Shown here piece after piece: positions 59,259 to 64,000 of a DNA stretch of 64,000 bases (within the stretch, counting starts at the first letter, position 1; each line of letters starts with the position of its first letter). A model generated the notes under the pieces. The model searched no databases. It saw only the letters and a program-made list of their open reading frames with translations, and was not told the origin of the DNA. The translations under genes were made by a program, and so were the position numbers. This stretch comes from an uncultured bacterium (GTDB lineage: Bacteria; Zixibacteria; MSB-5A5; CAIYYT01): contig CAVSCK010000003.1 in the NCBI GenBank assembly GCA_963726455.1, positions 192,001-256,000 on the forward strand. Direction: 5' to 3'.

Positions 59259-62200
59259 CAGAAGCGAATTTCCACCGAGAAGGCGAGTTCACGCAAATGG
59301 CTCTTCTTCGCAACTTTAATATCATTCGAATCCTGCCAGCGAGCGCTCATACTTCCCTTTATGTTCGTGGAGAAATTGTAGGTGATGCGCGGTTGTACCG
59401 AAAAATCGGTTCTCTCCGCAGTTACTCCCAACGGTCCGCTCGGACGTTCATCCCTCGTCCGATTCAGGCGTTTGCTTACATCCAGGTCAAACGATAATGC
59501 CGACTGAATCTTCATGGAACCGAACAGCGGCAACCACAACTTGCTGCCACCCCGGAACGAATAGGAAGTCTTGAATCCCAACGTGGTTGAATAATCACGG
59601 ACGCGGCCGTTCACGGCGCCCGAATCGGTGTAGTCCTCCCGTATCGACATGCTCCTGGTATAGTTGACTGACGATTGCAAACCCTGGGCAAACTTCCAAT
59701 CAATCCTTACCGACACCAGAGGTGAGTAGTCGACTCCGGTCACCCGGCTTCTCTTAAGACCGGTTTGCTTTACCACCGACTCGCTGACCTTGCGCGAATA
59801 CTTTGAGTCGACTGTGAATGTGCGCGATATCCACTTCGGAAATATCAAGTAATCCAACTTGCCAAACGAGAAACTGAGATCAGGAAAAGTCGTCGTATTA
59901 TCGGTCGTAGCTTTACCCGTGACGTCCGAAGTGCTAAACGAGTACGAAGTGCCAACCTTGATTCCCATGATCAACTGCACTCCCGAGCGCAACGTGTATC
60001 CGCGTCCCAATGAAGTCTGGTCAATTTGATTGATTCCGCCTCCGGTCGCAATTCGGTCGGCGCCAGGATCGTTCGAAAGACCAAGGCGATACAGGAAGCT
60101 CGGTCTGGCCAGGAACCCGTTCATTGACTGTCGCTGTTCGAAACGGAATGAGCCGGCTATCGGATCAACGCGATCGGTGAAGAAGCGAATGAATTTCAGG
60201 CCGAATGAATAGAACGGTGTTCCTTTGGGTGTACTTTTCTTCTGGCCACTTCTTTCCGCTCCCGGGACGAATCCGGTGCTGTCTGCGCGCCCACCACGTC
60301 CTTTGCCAAGTATCGTTTCTTGCGCGCTCCCCTTCTTTCCTTCACCCTTGACGCCCGTTGTGTCAGACTTGATGCGACTCGTGTCCGGTTTGACAACCGT
60401 CGTATCCTGCTTGCTGTGCGTCGAATCCGGATTGATATGAGAAGTATCGGGCTTGATCGCACTTGAATCGGAGGCCGGTGGAGGCGTCGCCACATGCGAC
60501 GTATCACTAGTCTTCTTTTCCTCCTTGGGAGGGCTCGTCGGCTGCGGCGGCGGGGTCGATGGCGGTGGCGTCCTGTTGGTATCGGCAGGCGGATCGGTGA
60601 CTACCAGAGCGAAAGTCTGTCCCAGATTTACCGGCATATTCAACGACGACCGCTTGCCGCCCTTGGTGCTCGTTGTGTCTCCCGTAGAATCAGGCGCCGG
60701 TTGCTTTGGAGCTTCGGTACCACCTCCGCGCCGCGTTGTATCGATTGAAGGCGCCTTCGTGGTATCTTTGAAGACCGGTTGTTGCAAGAGCGAATCAGGA
60801 AGTTGTTTGGGCTTTTCTCCTTTACCCGGTTCCTTCCGTCCCGTCGTATCCTTGGGCGCACCCTCGATCTTTCCCTTGCGCGTAGACTGGCTCGGCGTAA
60901 CACTCTTCTTTGGCTTGGGCGGATTGGTGCCCAGAAGTTTATGTATATCGAAGGTGGCGCTGGCGTTGAACGCTCTGCTGTTGTCTATACGGCGCGTTCC
61001 GATTTCGCTGAGTACGGTAGATGTCTGAATAAAGTTCTCCGAGTGCGTTACCGAATATCCAAACTTGGTGCCGGTAATGAACGGCAACACCTGGGGAGAA
61101 TAATTCGTCGAGAATCCTTGATTGTATTGTCTTTCCGTGCCCAACTTTGCTTGTCTGGGATCGAAGGAGAATTTCAACAACTGCGGATCGTTCAAATCCC
61201 TGTCGGTTGAGAAGCTGTAGCTGGCATCCAGGCCGGTCAGAGGCGTCAGTGCAGTCTCGAAGCGCCCTTGGAATGTTCTGAGATACCTTTGCGTTGCCGT
61301 ATTGAAGCTATTGATCGTGTTATCCAAAGACCGATTCACCGTGCCGTCGAGAGTCAGTCGAACGGGAACCGGGTTGAATTCCGTACCTAGCACTCGCTTC
61401 GGAATCAAGGGCATCCCTTGAAGCCATGAAAAGATCTTCAGGCCACGCTTGAGCGGACTGGTGACCGCATAGCGGCCCTTCAATGTATATCGCTCTGACG
61501 CCGAATACGGCGTGGTCGGCGAACTTCCAAGCGACTTGTCGTACGAGAAACTAGTGGTCAGGCGGTTCAACAGCGCCCCGTAAACGATATTTCGCGTCTG
61601 CTTGTTCCAGCTTTCTCCTATTTGAAAACGCGTCGAAGTGTTAATCGACTTTTCGGTCTGCACCCGGTTGGCCGGAACCGCAATGTCTGATCCGGTAATC
61701 AATCGCGGCGATGATTCCGACCTTCTCCAGGCGTAACTTATCGGAATATTAGCCCGTTCGGTGGCCGGCAGGAGTTTATCCAACTTGAAGTCCACGCTGT
61801 AGCCGTAAGCAGTGTTGGCACTGCCCGAGCCCAGATCGCGCCTGTCGCTTTGTGTCAAGTTGCGGAAGAACGCATCCTGCTTGAGGTAATCCGCGCGGAA
61901 CGATGCCACATCTCCAAACGTCCAGGTCGTTCCGCCGGCGGCGGCAAGGCCTTTGTCATTGCGAATGTCTGTGGTTCTCATTTCGTCCAGCCACAACTCT
62001 CCGGTCTCCAGTTTCTGGGACTGAGCCGAACTCAAATTGACAACACCCATCGCATAATACTTGATGCGCGTAAGCGTGGGTGCGCCCACCAGTCGATACT
62101 TGGGATGGGCTGGCTGAATTACGTGCGTCGAATCCGTACTGGTGTCCTTCGGGGCCAACTTGAGTTGGGTAATTTCGTCGAAGGTGATGTTAACCGCATT

Positions 62201-64000
62201 GTTGTTGCTCCATCCCGAGTCTATGGTCGTGCGGTATTCATAGTAATTGGCGGCGTCTGCTCCGAAACGGAAAAAGAACTGAACACTGTCACGAATCGAG
62301 TCCCCGTGTACCCACATCGCCAGTTTCCGATAACTTGTCAGATCCTGAACTTTGAATGGAATCTTCTCCGCATATACCGTGTCTCCGGGAAGCAATTCCT
62401 TGTATTTCAGACTCAACGACTGCTCTTTTTCACGCAATCCCGTCGTCTGATCGTAAAAGCCGGCAACTCCCGGCGGGGAATAGTAGTCGCGATTCTGCTC
62501 GGTGTTTACGATTTCGGCTTTCAGGCCGGCGGAATCACTGCGAACGGCTGTGGTCGGAAGCGCTGGCTGAACTTCCCAGGTATTGCGGCTTAACTGAATG
62601 TCGGCGATCTGCAGTGTATCTATGTCGGTCTTGACGCCGCCCACCCAGAGGCGTACCGTCGTGATATTGCTACGACTTGGCGTGCCCACGACTTGCTTGA
62701 CGTACGCATCCGTGAAGGGGATTCGCACTGTGTACCACTCGCCGCGCTGCGAATTGGGCACGATATTCTCGCCTTTTTCCAGATCGACTGAATACGAATA
62801 GTAGTTATTCTTCGTCACCAGGACTCCGTCACCAAACAGATCCTCGCTGTCGGGACGTCCGTTTATCCCCGGATCGTTTCTGTTCCCCTCCAACCCGTTG
62901 ATGTGCTCGTAGTCGTAAGGATTGTCATACGACCAGTCATCTCCGTGCGGATCGGCATCGGTGCAATTGCACTCCTGCTGTTCGGCCTCATCGTTCATCC
63001 CGTCCAAGCCGACATCCCGTTCCGGCTTTAGAATGCCCGATGCATCGTTTTCGTTATCGAGTTTGCCGTTATTGTTGATATCCTCGCTGATTTCGCCGAA
63101 ATCAAGGTGCAGCACTCCTGTCGTGCCCTTCATTCGCAATTCGATGAACTGAGACTTGCTCTGATCATAGGCGCCGCGTCCGAATGCCTTCATCACACCA
63201 CCCCAGGCGCGTTCACGGGTGCTGTCACCGGTGACAAGCAATGAATCCGGCGGCCTGCCCACGCGCAGATCAGTTACATCCGGCGTAAACTTGAATGTGA
63301 GGACCTGCTGTCTGTCTTCACCCGCCTTGACTTGCCGATCATATATATCCGTGACCCTGACCTGATCGTACGGATTGTACCAGACCAGCCGGCCCCTGCG
63401 ATTGATGCCGGGTTGCGTGGTCGCCGGCGCCGACGCATAATGCCAGCCCTCCCTTAGAACGCCCAGCGAGAACTGCTCTTGCGCACCTTCGAAATCGTCG
63501 AGATATGCCTCGCCGGCGGTGTTGGCGTTTGGTATCGACTGTGCTACTTCTCCGTCAAACGATATCCGGGACGGCACATTGGTCTCGATGAATGGTAACG
63601 CGTCGACGGCTTTGGTCAGCAATTTGCTGTCGAGCGAGTAGGACATGTCGGCGTCAAGGTTCAGGGCCGTGGTCTGTTCTTCGCCCAGACGCGGCTTCCG
63701 ATCGGTCGTCTTTTCCGACTTGTAAAGTACCGTCGAGCCAACCTTGAAATTGTTGGATATTTGATACTCGCCTCGCGCCCCCAGCAGTGTCTTCTTCTCC
63801 GCCGCAATTAACGGCGCATATTCATAGTCAACCTTGACATCGGCGCCCGGATTCAGTGCATCCTGGTTCAGGAACGTGATTCTTCCCAGATCGTTGTACA
63901 TCCGGTAATCCACGTCTCGCTTCAGCGGCTTGCCGTTGAGTGTCACTGTCTCAGACTCATTAACGATGTCCGTGTGCCCCAGATAAAATTCGCTTTGCCT
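59258..64000 (-). CDS. sprA: T9SS translocon SprA/Sov (5' end outside the window)
   Basis: Frame open to 64000; KPRLGEE, AYLDDFEG, RGRLVWYN, WGGVM, ISEDINNNG, EQSLSL, DLTSYRKL.MWVHG, NYYEY, WLDEMR, long beta-barrel ending VEIRF. Confidence 0.92.
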   Translation of the reverse strand, partial: RQSEFYLGHTDIVNESETVTLNGKPLKRDVDYRMYNDLGRITFLNQDALNPGADVKVDYEYAPLIAAEKKTLLGARGEYQISNNFKVGSTVLYKSEKTTDRKPRLGEEQTTALNLDADMSYSLDSKLLTKAVDALPFIETNVPSRISFDGEVAQSIPNANTAGEAYLDDFEGAQEQFSLGVLREGWHYASAPATTQPGINRRGRLVWYNPYDQVRVTDIYDRQVKAGEDRQQVLTFKFTPDVTDLRVGRPPDSLLVTGDSTRERAWGGVMKAFGRGAYDQSKSQFIELRMKGTTGVLHLDFGEISEDINNNGKLDNENDASGILKPERDVGLDGMNDEAEQQECNCTDADPHGDDWSYDNPYDYEHINGLEGNRNDPGINGRPDSEDLFGDGVLVTKNNYYSYSVDLEKGENIVPNSQRGEWYTVRIPFTDAYVKQVVGTPSRSNITTVRLWVGGVKTDIDTLQIADIQLSRNTWEVQPALPTTAVRSDSAGLKAEIVNTEQNRDYYSPPGVAGFYDQTTGLREKEQSLSLKYKELLPGDTVYAEKIPFKVQDLTSYRKLAMWVHGDSIRDSVQFFFRFGADAANYYEYRTTIDSGWSNNNAVNITFDEITQLKLAPKDTSTDSTHVIQPAHPKYRLVGAPTLTRIKYYAMGVVNLSSAQSQKLETGELWLDEMRTTDIRNDKGLAAAGGTTWTFGDVASFRADYLKQDAFFRNLTQSDRRDLGSGSANTAYGYSVDFKLDKLLPATERANIPISYAWRRSESSPRLITGSDIAVPANRVQTEKSINTSTRFQIGESWNKQTRNIVYGALLNRLTTSFSYDKSLGSSPTTPYSASERYTLKGRYAVTSPLKRGLKIFSWLQGMPLIPKRVLGTEFNPVPVRLTLDGTVNRSLDNTINSFNTATQRYLRTFQGRFETALTPLTGLDASYSFSTDRDLNDPQLLKFSFDPRQAKLGTERQYNQGFSTNYSPQVLPFITGTKFGYSVTHSENFIQTSTVLSEIGTRRIDNSRAFNASATFDIHKLLGTNPPKPKKSVTPSQSTRKGKIEGAPKDTTGRKEPGKGEKPKQLPDSLLQQPVFKDTTKAPSIDTTRRGGGTEAPKQPAPDSTGDTTSTKGGKRSSLNMPVNLGQTFALVVTDPPADTNRTPPPSTPPPQPTSPPKEEKKTSDTSHVATPPPASDSSAIKPDTSHINPDSTHSKQDTTVVKPDTSRIKSDTTGVKGEGKKGSAQETILGKGRGGRADSTGFVPGAERSGQKKSTPKGTPFYSFGLKFIRFFTDRVDPIAGSFRFEQRQSMNGFLARPSFLYRLGLSNDPGADRIATGGGINQIDQTSLGRGYTLRSGVQLIMGIKVGTSYSFSTSDVTGKATTDNTTTFPDLSFSFGKLDYLIFPKWISRTFTVDSKYSRKVSESVVKQTGLKRSRVTGVDYSPLVSVRIDWKFAQGLQSSVNYTRSMSIREDYTDSGAVNGRVRDYSTTLGFKTSYSFRGGSKLWLPLFGSMKIQSALSFDLDVSKRLNRTRDERPSGPLGVTAERTDFSVQPRITYNFSTNIKGSMSARWQDSNDIKVAKKSHLRELAFSVEIRF

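Overview
A 64 kb bacterial window, probably from candidate phylum Zixibacteria or a close FCB relative. This is inferred from Cys-flanked C-terminal dockerin-like tails together with a T9SS SprA translocon, LpxH and CdaA. Housekeeping genes include rlmD, lpxH, a flippase, an NAD-IDH-family dehydrogenase, an ECF sigma/anti-sigma pair, recN, MarR-EmrAB-TolC, tilS-hpt-ftsH-folP-cdaA, rmuC, comEA and sprA, plus four tRNAs (Ala-GGC, Glu-TTC, His-GTG, Arg-TCT). Main observations: (1) A 4.5 kb island at tRNA-Glu whose att core lies inside its own large serine recombinase gene, so integration and excision swap the recombinase C-terminus. It carries a lone small-terminase-like gene, like a minimal satellite. 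(2) A run of intact ORFs that have lost catalytic residues: DUF885, Mre11/SbcD, a Rad50/YhaN-like ATPase, and a tandem-HTH/LeuC-aconitase fusion. (3) A surface-appendage locus with two signal-peptide phage-fibre-like proteins and three dockerin-tagged proteins, near a cohesin-like lipoprotein operon and sprA. (4) A small Arg-rich Myb-like protein behind a sigma28-type promoter. (5) Several long imperfect intergenic hairpins. Six genes are broken by single-base indels that look like long-read assembly errors. All calls come from reading motifs by eye; no searches or folding were run.
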